Source: Thermococcus sp. (lineage in GTDB: Archaea; Methanobacteriota_B; Thermococci; Thermococcales; Thermococcaceae). Taken from it: a stretch of 64,000 nt of DNA. This document shows positions 30,683 to 40,124 of the stretch, piece by piece. The notes below the pieces were generated by a model that saw only the letters and a list, made by a program, of their open reading frames with translations, did not search any database and was not told the origin of the DNA. Each line of letters opens with the position of its first letter. The stretch's first letter is position 1. The stretch covers positions 4,763 through 68,762 of the forward strand of contig JALTCK010000092.1 in NCBI GenBank assembly GCA_027074805.1, read 5' to 3'. Both the position numbers and the translations under genes were made by a program.

Positions 30683-31188
30683 AGCTGAGAACGCCCCTGA
30701 GCGAAAAAGACGTCCTCAAGCTTAGGGCCGGGGATATCGTCTACCTCTCGGGGGAGATAGTTACGGCCAGGGACTCGGCCCACAGGAGAATCCTAAGCCT
30801 CCCGAGGGAAGAACTGCCCTTCAACCCAGAAGGAGCGGTGGTATACCACTGCGGACCGGTCGTGAGGAGAAAAGGGCAGGAATGGGAGATCGTCTCGGCG
30901 GGGCCAACGACGAGCGCGAGAATGAACCGCTACCTCGATGGTATCTTAAGCCTCGGCGTGAGGGGAATAATCGGGAAGGGGGGAATGAGGGCTGAGCCCT
31001 TCAAGGGCCGGGCTGTTTACTTGGCCTTCACAGGTGGCGCAGGTTCCCTCGCCGCGGAAAGCATTAAACGGGTTAAAGCCGTCCACTGGCTCGACCTGGG
31101 GATTCCCGAGGCGTTATGAGTTCTCGAGGATGAGGACTTTCCCCTCGTAGTTGCCATGGACGCGAACGGCGGGAGCCTCTACCGATAG
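30673..31188 (+). pseudogene. Fumarate hydratase beta subunit with premature TGA at 31117-31119
   Basis: [46 protein letters not shown]; homology continues in frame past the stop. Confidence 0.85.
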
Positions 31189-32441
31189 TTTTTCCTCCCC
31201 TCGTTTATCGGGGCTATGAATCTCGAATAGAACTCCCTCAGCTCCCTCACGTGCTCCTCGACCTCCTCGGGCTTGATTTTTCTCCTCGCGAGGCCCTCCC
31301 TGATGGCCTCCTCAGCAACTGCCCTGGCTTCCTTCGGGTAGACCTCCGGGTGGAGCGGAGAGGGGATTATTCTCTCTTCGCTTATCTCGTCCTCCGACAG
31401 GACGGAGGCTATCGCCTTCGCCGCCGCTATGTTCATCCCGAGGCTTATGTCCCTGGCTCTAACGTCGAGGGCCCCCCTGAAAATCCCAGGAAAGCCGAGG
31501 ACGTTGTTTATCTGGTTTGGGTAGTCGCTTCTTCCGGTCGCCACTATTCTCGCTCCGGCCCTTTTGGCCTCCTCAGGGCTTATCTCCGGAACGGGATTGG
31601 CCATCGCAAAGACTATCGCATCGTCGGCCATCCTCTCTATCATCTCGCGCTTCACTATGCCCCCAACGCTCACGCCTATGAACACATCTGCCCCCTCCAG
31701 GGCCTTTTCGAGGTCGCCTTCGATCCCGTGGACGTTGTACTCCGCTATTTCACGCTTGTAGGGGTTGAGGTCTTCCCTTCCCTGGTGGATTATCCCCCTG
31801 CTGTCGCTCACCACTATCTCCCTCACCCCCACGTGGCGGAGGAGTTTGGCTATTGCAATTCCCGCCGCTCCGGCGCCGCTTATGGCCACCTTTATTTCGC
31901 TGAACTCCTTTCCCACGAGCTTTAGGGCGTTTATTAGGCCTGCTAGGGTTACTACGGCAGTGCCGTGCTGGTCGTCGTGGAAGACGGGTATATCGAGCTC
32001 TTCCTTTAGTCTCTTCTCGATTTCAAAGCACCTTGGGGCGGAGATGTCCTCGAGGTTTATCCCGCCGAAGCCGGCTGAGATGAGCTTTACTGTTTCTACG
32101 ATTTTATCGACTTCCTTGGTGTCGATCAGTATTGGGAAGGCATCAACTCCGGCCAAAGCTTTGAAAAGGACGCATTTGCCCTCCATTACAGGCATTCCGG
32201 CTTTTACACCTATGTCCCCCAGTCCAAGGATAGCAGAGCCATCGGTTACCACAGCCACCGTGTTCGGGATCACGGTGAATTCGCCAGGATCAGAGCCGTT
32301 GGCTATCGCCTTGCAGGGTTCAGCAACTCCTGGAGTGTAGGCCAAGCTCAGGTCCTCGCGGTTTCTGAGGGGAACCTTCGGGATGACCTCTATCTTCCCG
32401 TTCCCCGGGAAGTTGTTCCTGTGGAACTCGAGCGGATCCAT
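31179..32441 (-). CDS. Malic enzyme (NAD(P)-dependent)
   Basis: LAYTPGVA, MEGK, NLEDI, FHDDQHGT, GAGAAG, ANPVPE, NNVLGFPG. Confidence 0.95.
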   Translation of the reverse strand: MDPLEFHRNNFPGNGKIEVIPKVPLRNREDLSLAYTPGVAEPCKAIANGSDPGEFTVIPNTVAVVTDGSAILGLGDIGVKAGMPVMEGKCVLFKALAGVDAFPILIDTKEVDKIVETVKLISAGFGGINLEDISAPRCFEIEKRLKEELDIPVFHDDQHGTAVVTLAGLINALKLVGKEFSEIKVAISGAGAAGIAIAKLLRHVGVREIVVSDSRGIIHQGREDLNPYKREIAEYNVHGIEGDLEKALEGADVFIGVSVGGIVKREMIERMADDAIVFAMANPVPEISPEEAKRAGARIVATGRSDYPNQINNVLGFPGIFRGALDVRARDISLGMNIAAAKAIASVLSEDEISEERIIPSPLHPEVYPKEARAVAEEAIREGLARRKIKPEEVEEHVRELREFYSRFIAPINEGRKNYR

Positions 32442-32577
32442 TCTATCACCGCGGGTGATTGTCAGCTAAACGTTAAAAAGCCATCGCTTTCAGTTGGAAT
32501 TAAACTTGGGGATGTCCATAGCCTTGGCGCGTCCTACCAAAACTTTTTAAAGCCACGCCCTTTCACTACTACCGGAT

Positions 32578-32655
32578 GGGCCGGTAGCTCAGCCTGGTAT
32601 GAGCGCCGCCCTCGCAAGGCGGAGGCCGCGGGTTCAAATCCCGCCCGGTCCACCA
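32578..32655 (+). tRNA. tRNA-Ala (anticodon CGC)
   Basis: GGGCCGG/CCGGTCC acceptor stem with G3:U70, anticodon stem CCGCC/GGCGG around loop CTCGCAA, GGTTCAAATC T-arm, encoded CCA. Confidence 0.97.
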
Positions 32656-32830
32656 GCTTCTTAGTCTTTCTTCGGCAAGGGTTCAAAGCAACGTTTATAG
32701 TTGGCATGGCGGTCTTCAAGGTGCTAGTGCGTTTTTCTCTGGATGAATGCAGTATAGTAGAGGCCGGGGAGTATGTTAAGAAACTTGCGAAGATAAGTTC
32801 TAGAATGCTTCCTTAAAAATGGATGGGGAT

Positions 32831-34756
32831 TTAAAGCTTCTTTCCAATCCCCAAACCGGCTAAGAATGCCACCAGGCCTATGACTGCTAACAAGGCAATT
32901 TCGTAGGGGTTGCTGTTTTTCTGGGTCTGTGTTTCGGTAGTCGAGGAAGTTTCAGGCGAGGGAATCGGAATGTTAGGAATCTCTGTGGAGTTATTTGATG
33001 TTACCTTTGGAAGGGGGTGGGTCGAGAGGAAGAGTCCAGCAGTTTCTCTTGCATACTGGTAGAATATCATCGCACTTTCCAGATCCTGGATATTCTGACT
33101 CTTTTCAGCGCTCTTCTCGTAACTCTCGGCGAACTCGTAGTACGCCATTGCCAGGATGGGCTTAATACCACTGGCTTGGGCGATTCCAATGGCAGTCTCT
33201 GCTCCCTTCTTCATCTGTGCCAGCTTCTCGGTTAGCACGGTCCAGTTGCTTATACCGAGGGTGTCTAAGAAAACCTGCCCCTGAACACGCGCCTCCATTG
33301 CCGTAAAGAGTGCAGCTGAGTATTTTCCGTCCTCATAATACTGCTCTGCCTGCTGGATGCTGTTGGTCAGGTCGCCGGCGGTGTTCCCGTACATGGACTC
33401 GATGTAGGTTGCTATCAAGCTTGACTCATCTATGTAATCTCTCGCAGTAGCTTTTATAACGTCCTCACTTATTACCTCCCCGCTCGCAAACCTCTCTCCG
33501 AGTTTTGTCCAGAACACTGCTGTTTTTGCCCTCTCGTAGGCATACGCAGCCTCGCCTATGGCGTCCCAGTAATCCTGGCTGTAGTAGTACTTCCAGGCAC
33601 TCTGAAGGGCACTTTTGGCTTGTTCAACCCTCTCCTGAGCGGCTGCAATGGCCTGAAGCATTGTAATGCCCCTTATAGTAACGTTCGAAGCGATTCTTTC
33701 TGAGGAGTTTATTTCGGAGTTGACCTCCTGAAGGAGCTTTTCGACGTCATCTGCAGTGTTGGTGTTGAGGTACCACTGGACATGCCTTATTATAATCCTG
33801 GCTTGGAAGTCCTTGCTTAGTGCGGTGTAGTACATGTCCTCATCCATGGCCTCCTTTGACTGATTTAGGGTGCCTGCTGCATCGTCTAGGGCTTGTTTGA
33901 GTGTTGTATATGTTGTGTAATCCACGTTGCTCTCCTTAAGCTCCTTCGAAACATCCTGATAGTACGAGGTGGTGTTCTGGTAGTCCTTTATTGCATCATC
34001 CTTCAGGAATGAAGTATCTATTCTCACATAGGTGGGGGCTTGTGGTTTGGGAAGCTGGTGCCCCGTGAAGTAGTAGACGGCTTGGTATATGTCGCTCACC
34101 TCAAGAACCTGAAGTCCCCACCTTTCCTTGGCATACTTAACCACGTCAACCCTTTCCGTCTGGCTTTTTATCTCAACTATTCCCCCAACTTCCCTCTTCT
34201 CTGTCTGCTGGACGTACTGGATTCTCTGTCCCTGTGGTATCAGGAAGAGGTCGACCCCGGCTTCGTGAGCCGCCGCTGCCTTTTCGAGTATTCCACCTAC
34301 AGGCCCTATGGTCCCGTCTGGGTTTATCATACCCGTCATCATGACTTTTGGGTTGATCTTCCATCCTTCAAGAGCGGCTATTATTCCAACGGTCATGGTC
34401 CCGCCAGCGGATGGACCGCCTATTATGGGTGTATCCGCCTTTATTTGGATGAAGACGTCGTATTTACTCATGTCTTTTCCAGTAACTTTCCCAGCTATCT
34501 GTGCCGCTAGCCTTGCACTCGCTTGCATATCAACCTCTGCTAGGGGCCAGGTCTCAACGTAGACGTGACCACTTCCGGGGGCGACTGTAATGACGAAGTC
34601 CGTTACGACTCCAACCAGCTGGCCACTTGATGTCTTAGACACCGCTGGTGCTTTTAGGATCACTGTATGCCCTTCGCTAGGGCACTGGGCAGCCGTCGAT
34701 GGCAGCAAGGGCAGGAGTAGAAGGAGCAGAAGTGCTGCCATGATTTTCTTTCTCAT
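32831..34756 (-). CDS. Secreted, C-terminally anchored Lon-like S16 serine protease
   Basis: Signal peptide, GGPSAG catalytic Ser, GPVGGILEK catalytic Lys, Ser/Thr linker, C-terminal TM. Confidence 0.9.
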   Translation of the reverse strand: MRKKIMAALLLLLLLPLLPSTAAQCPSEGHTVILKAPAVSKTSSGQLVGVVTDFVITVAPGSGHVYVETWPLAEVDMQASARLAAQIAGKVTGKDMSKYDVFIQIKADTPIIGGPSAGGTMTVGIIAALEGWKINPKVMMTGMINPDGTIGPVGGILEKAAAAHEAGVDLFLIPQGQRIQYVQQTEKREVGGIVEIKSQTERVDVVKYAKERWGLQVLEVSDIYQAVYYFTGHQLPKPQAPTYVRIDTSFLKDDAIKDYQNTTSYYQDVSKELKESNVDYTTYTTLKQALDDAAGTLNQSKEAMDEDMYYTALSKDFQARIIIRHVQWYLNTNTADDVEKLLQEVNSEINSSERIASNVTIRGITMLQAIAAAQERVEQAKSALQSAWKYYYSQDYWDAIGEAAYAYERAKTAVFWTKLGERFASGEVISEDVIKATARDYIDESSLIATYIESMYGNTAGDLTNSIQQAEQYYEDGKYSAALFTAMEARVQGQVFLDTLGISNWTVLTEKLAQMKKGAETAIGIAQASGIKPILAMAYYEFAESYEKSAEKSQNIQDLESAMIFYQYARETAGLFLSTHPLPKVTSNNSTEIPNIPIPSPETSSTTETQTQKNSNPYEIALLAVIGLVAFLAGLGIGKKL

Positions 34757-34813
34757 AGCTCACCACCGCTTTTTCGTTTTCGAGGGTTAATAAAGAGTTT
34801 GTGGTGCAACCCT

Positions 34814-35074
34814 CTAACGTCTCCAGAGGGCCAGAACAAAGAGAATCAGGAATAATACCTCGAGTCCTCCGATAGCTAAGCCCACATCTCTCTCGATCCA
34901 TTCCGTCAGCTGCAGCAGCTCAACTCCCTTTTTAATCGCTAGGAGAAGGAACGCAACGAGCAGGTAGAGTGCCGGCCTTAAGTGACTCTTTTTGTACGCT
35001 ATGAACGAGACTCCTGCAAGTATCAAAGATAGCATCAACACTATGAGTGCGAGGACTATTTCCATGCTTATCAT
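34814..35074 (-). CDS. Small membrane protein (about 3 TM)
   Basis: Hydrophobic ORF with ATGA overlap to the upstream regulator. Confidence 0.75.
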   Translation of the reverse strand: MISMEIVLALIVLMLSLILAGVSFIAYKKSHLRPALYLLVAFLLLAIKKGVELLQLTEWIERDVGLAIGGLEVLFLILFVLALWRR

Positions 35075-35580
35075 TTTTCATCACCTATCCCTGTTAGGAA
35101 GTCTATAAGATTGTCGGCAAGGTTCTCCCATATACTCGGTCTGTATTCTTTAATCACCCTTGCTATAGTTTCGGGGTCGTAATTCAGGCTGTATATCAAA
35201 CTCCTTCCCCTCTCCTCCGCGCTAACAATTCCAAGCTTTTTCAGCTCACCCATATGGTAGCTCACAGTCGGCTGACTGAGACCGAGGGAAGCCGCTATCT
35301 CTCCCTGCGAAAGGGGACCCATCACCAAGAGTAGGAGGATTTTTCTCCGACTCTCCGTTGAAATGGCTATTAGGAGCTTTTGAGCTTCCTCTTCAAAGCC
35401 TTGAGGGAATAGATATCTTCTCTTCCCGACCTTCCTTGAAAATACCTTCCCCTCCCTTTCCAGCTTTCTAAGGTGGTACTGGAGGTCCCCTATTCCCACA
35501 CCCAGCTCCCTGGCGAGCCCTCTGAAGGTTATCCCGGGTTTATTCTTTATAGCCTTGAGTATCTCATTACGCCTCTCCAT
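35071..35580 (-). CDS. Double winged-helix (ArsR-like) transcriptional regulator
   Basis: PGITFRGLARELG...LQYHL; LSQPTVSYHM. Confidence 0.88.
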   Translation of the reverse strand: MERRNEILKAIKNKPGITFRGLARELGVGIGDLQYHLRKLEREGKVFSRKVGKRRYLFPQGFEEEAQKLLIAISTESRRKILLLLVMGPLSQGEIAASLGLSQPTVSYHMGELKKLGIVSAEERGRSLIYSLNYDPETIARVIKEYRPSIWENLADNLIDFLTGIGDEK

Positions 35581-35783
35581 TTTTGACCCTTAAACCCTGT
35601 GGTTCATTCCTCTATTGAGTATCCTTCACCCCTTTTATTTTCATCGGTTTTTGGAAGATCAGCCCACGGCTTTTCGATTTTTCTCTCATTTTCGTTTGTA
35701 TCTTAACATTTCGACGGATATAGATAGTAACATGAAGGGTATCTTTTTATAGTAAAATGTCCAAAATTTTGTTGGTGTTAATC

Positions 35784-36449
35784 GTGGGGCGCGGGGTAGG
35801 TAAGGTTTTGGATGGTTTCCTCCCTGGAGAGTCTGTTCTAGTGGAATATGAGGCGTATTCCTCCCCAGAGATGCTCTTGGCCCTGCTCCAGAACTATTCG
35901 TTAGTTAGGGGTAGGGCTTTGGTGGTGGATGATGTCGTTGACGCGTTCTCTGAGTACCTGACACGCCTCAGATTGATGGGATTCAATGTTGAGCCAATCC
36001 TCAGAGCCTCCGTAATCAAGATCGGAGGTTCCAAGAGGGTCGGGGACGTGAGGGGAGTCCTCGAGGTTGACAAATACAGACTTGACTTCAAGTACTATGA
36101 CGTCATATACAAGAACCTGGCCTTCGATGACACGGTGATAAACCCAGTTCTCGGGATATACAAGCTCTTTGGACTCTTCAGCAGGCACGAGCTCATGAGA
36201 CTGGTCAGAAACATAGCATCGTATGTGGGCAGAAGGAGTAGGATAGCTTTCTATTTTGTAAATGTGGACGTTGTCGAAAGACTCTCTCCTGAAATGCTAC
36301 CGTTCCTTGAGGAAGTCTCAAGTAGCATACTCCGGTGGGGCCGTGAGGGCAGAAACTACAGGCTGGATGTTCTGAAAGCCTGCAATGAAAACATCATCGG
36401 CACCCGTGTCGTCATGGAGATGAGGGAAATAATGGAAGGGAAGCTCTGA
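35784..36449 (+). CDS. DUF257 family protein (RecA/KaiC-like fold)
   Basis: PGESVLVEY, VIKIGG, NPVLGIYKL, RIAFYFVN; start uncertain (35757 alternative). Confidence 0.75.
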   Translation: MGRGVGKVLDGFLPGESVLVEYEAYSSPEMLLALLQNYSLVRGRALVVDDVVDAFSEYLTRLRLMGFNVEPILRASVIKIGGSKRVGDVRGVLEVDKYRLDFKYYDVIYKNLAFDDTVINPVLGIYKLFGLFSRHELMRLVRNIASYVGRRSRIAFYFVNVDVVERLSPEMLPFLEEVSSSILRWGREGRNYRLDVLKACNENIIGTRVVMEMREIMEGKL

Positions 36450-36450
36450 G

Positions 36451-37035
36451 CTAGATTTTTTCTAGGAGCTTCTTTCTCTTCTCCTCATACTCCTCTGGGC
36501 TTATAACACCCATGTCGTAGAGTTCCTTCAGTTTTTTCAGCTTCTCAAGCGGGTCTTCCTTCTCTCCCACGGGGGTTTCGTGGTTTATAACGCCCCCCGC
36601 AGGTGCCACACGGGTAACGAGTTCCTCGGGCTTTTTCAGAGTCCATTTCTCACTCGTCAGACCCTTATCAACCTCTATTGTCACTGGTTCTAAAGCTATC
36701 GCGTTCAGAGCATCCTTTATGGCGTTTATGGTCTTTCTTGCCTGCTCCTTGTTCATCCATCCGAGTCTGAGCCTTATGTTCTCTTCGCCTTTTATTATGA
36801 ACTCCGAGGAGATTATCCCCAGCTCGACCCTAATCTCCTTGAGCTTCTGGTAGGGGAGGGCCTTTATCTCGTACCTCCCGAGAACCTTCTCGTCGAGGTA
36901 GATTATCCTCCTGTCGGTTACGATTACCCACTTCGGCCTTTCGAGGCTCACCTTCTTCTTTACCGTGAATAGAACCCTCTCCCCCGGCTCGAGGTGTCTT
37001 TTAAGATGCTTTGGGAGTTTGATGTTCTCGCTCAT
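36451..37035 (-). CDS. Bacterial-type PH domain protein with C-terminal SHOCT
   Basis: LEPGERV, IVTDRRIIY; LKKLKELYDMGVISPEEYEEKRKKLL. Confidence 0.88.
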   Translation of the reverse strand: MSENIKLPKHLKRHLEPGERVLFTVKKKVSLERPKWVIVTDRRIIYLDEKVLGRYEIKALPYQKLKEIRVELGIISSEFIIKGEENIRLRLGWMNKEQARKTINAIKDALNAIALEPVTIEVDKGLTSEKWTLKKPEELVTRVAPAGGVINHETPVGEKEDPLEKLKKLKELYDMGVISPEEYEEKRKKLLEKI

Positions 37036-37126
37036 CTTCCCACCACTTTTCATTCAGCGTTCATCCTATATCACTTTTTCCCAAAGCCCTTTAAGAGGAA
37101 AGGGTGAAACCAACCTGGTGGTAGTT

Positions 37127-37903
37127 ATGGACTTTGACAAAAAGCCCCTCATCGGCATGGTTCATCTCAAGCCCCTTCCCGGCTCTTACCTCTACGCCGG
37201 TAATTTAGACGGAATCATTGAGTCCTCATTGAGAGATGCTAAAATCCTGGAAAAAGCGGGCTTCGACGCGATAATGGTCGAAAACTTTGGTGATGTTCCC
37301 TTCCCAAAGCACGCTGATAAGACAACAGTTGCCGCTTTCACCGCCGTTGCAAAGGAAATCCGAAAGGAGGTCAGCCTCCCTCTGGGAATAAATGTTCTCA
37401 GGAATGATGGTATTGCCGCTTACTCCATAGCCTATGCCGTAAAGGCAGATTTCATCCGGGTCAATGTCCTGAGCGGTGTGGCCTACACTGACCAGGGAGT
37501 AATAGAGGGGATAGCCCACGAGCTTGCAAACCTGAGGAAGCTCCTCCCGAGCAGAATACGGGTCTTTGCCGATGTACACGTTAAACATGCGGTTCATTTC
37601 TTCGACTTCGAGGACGCCATAAGGGACACTGTCGAGCGCGGTTTGGCCGATGGTATCATTGTAAGTGGAAGGGCAACTGGAAAGCCCGTCGATACCGAAA
37701 AACTTGCCCTTGCGAAGAAAATCTCGCCGGTTCCCGTTATAGTAGGCTCAGGAACCAGCTACGACAACCTTCCAGAACTCTGGGGGCACGCTGATGGATT
37801 CATAATTGGAACTTGGATAAAGCGTGAAGGTAAAGTCGAGAATGAAGTTTCTTTGGATAGAGCAAGGAAACTGGTCGAATTGGCGAAGAGTCTTCGATCT
37901 TGA
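37127..37903 (+). CDS. BtpA/SgcQ family protein
   Basis: IGMVHL, VENFGDVPF, GINVLRND, DVHVKH. Confidence 0.92.
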   Translation: MDFDKKPLIGMVHLKPLPGSYLYAGNLDGIIESSLRDAKILEKAGFDAIMVENFGDVPFPKHADKTTVAAFTAVAKEIRKEVSLPLGINVLRNDGIAAYSIAYAVKADFIRVNVLSGVAYTDQGVIEGIAHELANLRKLLPSRIRVFADVHVKHAVHFFDFEDAIRDTVERGLADGIIVSGRATGKPVDTEKLALAKKISPVPVIVGSGTSYDNLPELWGHADGFIIGTWIKREGKVENEVSLDRARKLVELAKSLRS

Positions 37904-38053
37904 AGAAAATTTTGTTTACAAATTATCACCCGAATTTTCTTTTCCGAAAGTCTTATTACCCAAGACTGCGTAATTAGTTGCCATAAAAACGCAAGACCTG
38001 TCCCGCTTTTCTTTTCCGCGAGATGGTTTTGCCCGATGTCTGATGGTGATAGC

Positions 38054-38158
38054 ATGGGTAACCTCTCTTTGAGACTCGATTTTCCATTCGCCCTGGCTTT
38101 AGTTGGGTTATTTTGCTCTCTGGAGTTTGGGATCTTAGGAAGGGAAAAGGAGGCGTAA
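38054..38158 (+). CDS. Putative 34-aa hydrophobic peptide
   Basis: GGTGAT RBS then MGNLSLRLDFPFALALVGLFCSLEFGILGREKEA*; below the ORF-track cutoff. Confidence 0.35.
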   Translation: MGNLSLRLDFPFALALVGLFCSLEFGILGREKEA

Positions 38159-38162
38159 TGGT

Positions 38163-40124
38163 ATGGGGTTTTGGCGCGAAAAGATTCTGGCGTTGGGAAT
38201 TCTTTTTACCCTTTTGGGTACCACCCTCCCGCTGACGTCATCGGAGGTCGCTCCTTATTTCCCCACCAATGAGGAGCTCTCAGCCATTGGCCTCACTCGG
38301 GTTAGTCTCTACAAGTATCAGCATGCCGGGGCCTTTGGGTACCACTACTACTGGGCCCGCTACGGTTCCTCAAATGGTCCGCCGATGGAGATAGAAATCC
38401 AGATGGACGAGTTTGGTGCCATCGGAATCACGGGAAGCTCTTACCTTCCAGGCACGAAGTGCACACGCTCTGACAGGCTCTTGGAGTGCACCTACAGCGG
38501 GGTTAACGACAGGCCCTGGTCTGACAAAGAGTGGAGGAAATACACACACTTCAGCACCTACTACGCTGAAGCGGTGATAGGCGGGACGAGCGACGGCAAG
38601 GATCCTCCCACCTTCTCGGGAAACGGTGGTGTAGTGGTCAAGGTTACCATCAGGATGAGGGCTGTGTACAACGATTCCGATCCATTGCCGGTAGTCGGCA
38701 GGGCCCTGCTGAACGTAATCGTTCCCAAGATTGACCCAAACCTCAAACTGGTTCCCGCTCCAACAACCACCTCCGTAACATCTTCAACCACTCCCCCGAA
38801 AGGCAAGCTCACGATAACGGCTCCCGTGGAGGGGCAGAGGTTCACATCCTCAAGCGGCTTCGGGCTCTTCCTCATCAACGTGAAGGCGAAGTTTTCGGGA
38901 AGTAGCGCCAAAGATCTCCACGCGGTGATAACCTCGCCCGACGGGAGGAAGAGCAGGGTTAGGGTAAGGGGCGACGGCACGATTGAGGGCCTCGTGATAG
39001 TTGAGAACCCCGGTCTGAGCGAACCCAAGAAGGGAGCGGTTAAGGTTGAGGTTTATGGCACGGTGAATTCCAAGGAGGTGCTCCTCGCGAGCGGAAATGT
39101 TGGGATAACTCTAGCGAACGACGAGGAGAAGCCTGGTGACATGATAGACAACGACGGTGACGGCCTGGTCGACTGCGACGACCCGGACATAGCTACCTGT
39201 GACGAATGTATCTACCAGAAGAAGCTTGAGTGGGCGGAGTCGATAATGAAGCGCCACTTGGACTATCTTGAGAAAGTCAAGGCCCTCCATCCCGAATATT
39301 CTTCCCTCTACAATGCCTACGAGGACGACCTGAGGGCGATCCATGACAGGGACATCAAAGACCCTGACAAGATGGTTGAGGAGATGAACGCCTACATGGA
39401 AAGGAAGGTCTACGGGAACCAGAGGATAAGAGCCCTCCTCTCGATATTCAAGGACGATCCCGAGAAGCGCTATCAGCTGAGGCAGATAGCCGAGAAGTAC
39501 CGCTACGACCCGATAACACGCGAGGTCAAGATGGAGAATTTCATCTACAAGTACGCGAAGGGTGAGGCGGAGAAGGTCGCCGTAACTAACCTGATTCTGA
39601 CCGGAGTTCTCCAGCCCCCGAAGTGGCTCGTGGGCGGGCAGTACAACTCAGGTGGAGTCCTCGACTGGTCGAAGTTCGTGGCGGATAACTTCGAGAAGGT
39701 CGGCGACGCGGTCAAGCTCAAGGGAGCTGAAAAAGTCAAGTTCTTCACAACCCCAGCAGGAGTCTACATGGTCGCCCTGGACGCGAAGGCCCTCCTAGAT
39801 CACGCGGACGACCTTAAGAAGATGAACCTCCCCGACAACGCCAAGGTCTCGATAATAGTCCTCGATGGGGCGACGAAGATAGGAAAGCTCCTTGACCCGA
39901 CTGGCTACTTCGGCAACATGGCGGATGCAACCGTCGGGGCGGTCATCAACCTCAGGAAGAAGATAGAGGAACGCAACCAGGGCTGGTTCACATGGAACGG
40001 CCACGTCCTCCATGAGACGGCCATCCAGGGTATCTACGAGGACTACGAGACCGGCAAGAAGTTCAAACGCGTCGGCGGTGGCTGGGTCAACATGAACTTC
40101 GTGGAGGTGGACGAGAATGGGTAA
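38163..40124 (+). CDS. Large secreted multidomain protein of unknown function
   Basis: Signal peptide, Thr-rich linker, beta-rich domain, DNDGDGLVDCDDPD motif, helical C-terminal half. Confidence 0.85.
   Translation: MGFWREKILALGILFTLLGTTLPLTSSEVAPYFPTNEELSAIGLTRVSLYKYQHAGAFGYHYYWARYGSSNGPPMEIEIQMDEFGAIGITGSSYLPGTKCTRSDRLLECTYSGVNDRPWSDKEWRKYTHFSTYYAEAVIGGTSDGKDPPTFSGNGGVVVKVTIRMRAVYNDSDPLPVVGRALLNVIVPKIDPNLKLVPAPTTTSVTSSTTPPKGKLTITAPVEGQRFTSSSGFGLFLINVKAKFSGSSAKDLHAVITSPDGRKSRVRVRGDGTIEGLVIVENPGLSEPKKGAVKVEVYGTVNSKEVLLASGNVGITLANDEEKPGDMIDNDGDGLVDCDDPDIATCDECIYQKKLEWAESIMKRHLDYLEKVKALHPEYSSLYNAYEDDLRAIHDRDIKDPDKMVEEMNAYMERKVYGNQRIRALLSIFKDDPEKRYQLRQIAEKYRYDPITREVKMENFIYKYAKGEAEKVAVTNLILTGVLQPPKWLVGGQYNSGGVLDWSKFVADNFEKVGDAVKLKGAEKVKFFTTPAGVYMVALDAKALLDHADDLKKMNLPDNAKVSIIVLDGATKIGKLLDPTGYFGNMADATVGAVINLRKKIEERNQGWFTWNGHVLHETAIQGIYEDYETGKKFKRVGGGWVNMNFVEVDENG

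Noticed and set aside
31117-31119. Selenocysteine or recoded UGA in fumarase beta
   Set aside because: The position corresponds to Trp, not Cys; Thermococcales are not known to use Sec, and TGA is a normal stop elsewhere in the window
32578-32830. tRNA-Ala as an integration site for a mobile element
   Set aside because: No integrase nearby and no duplicated tRNA 3' end (att site) seen in the window
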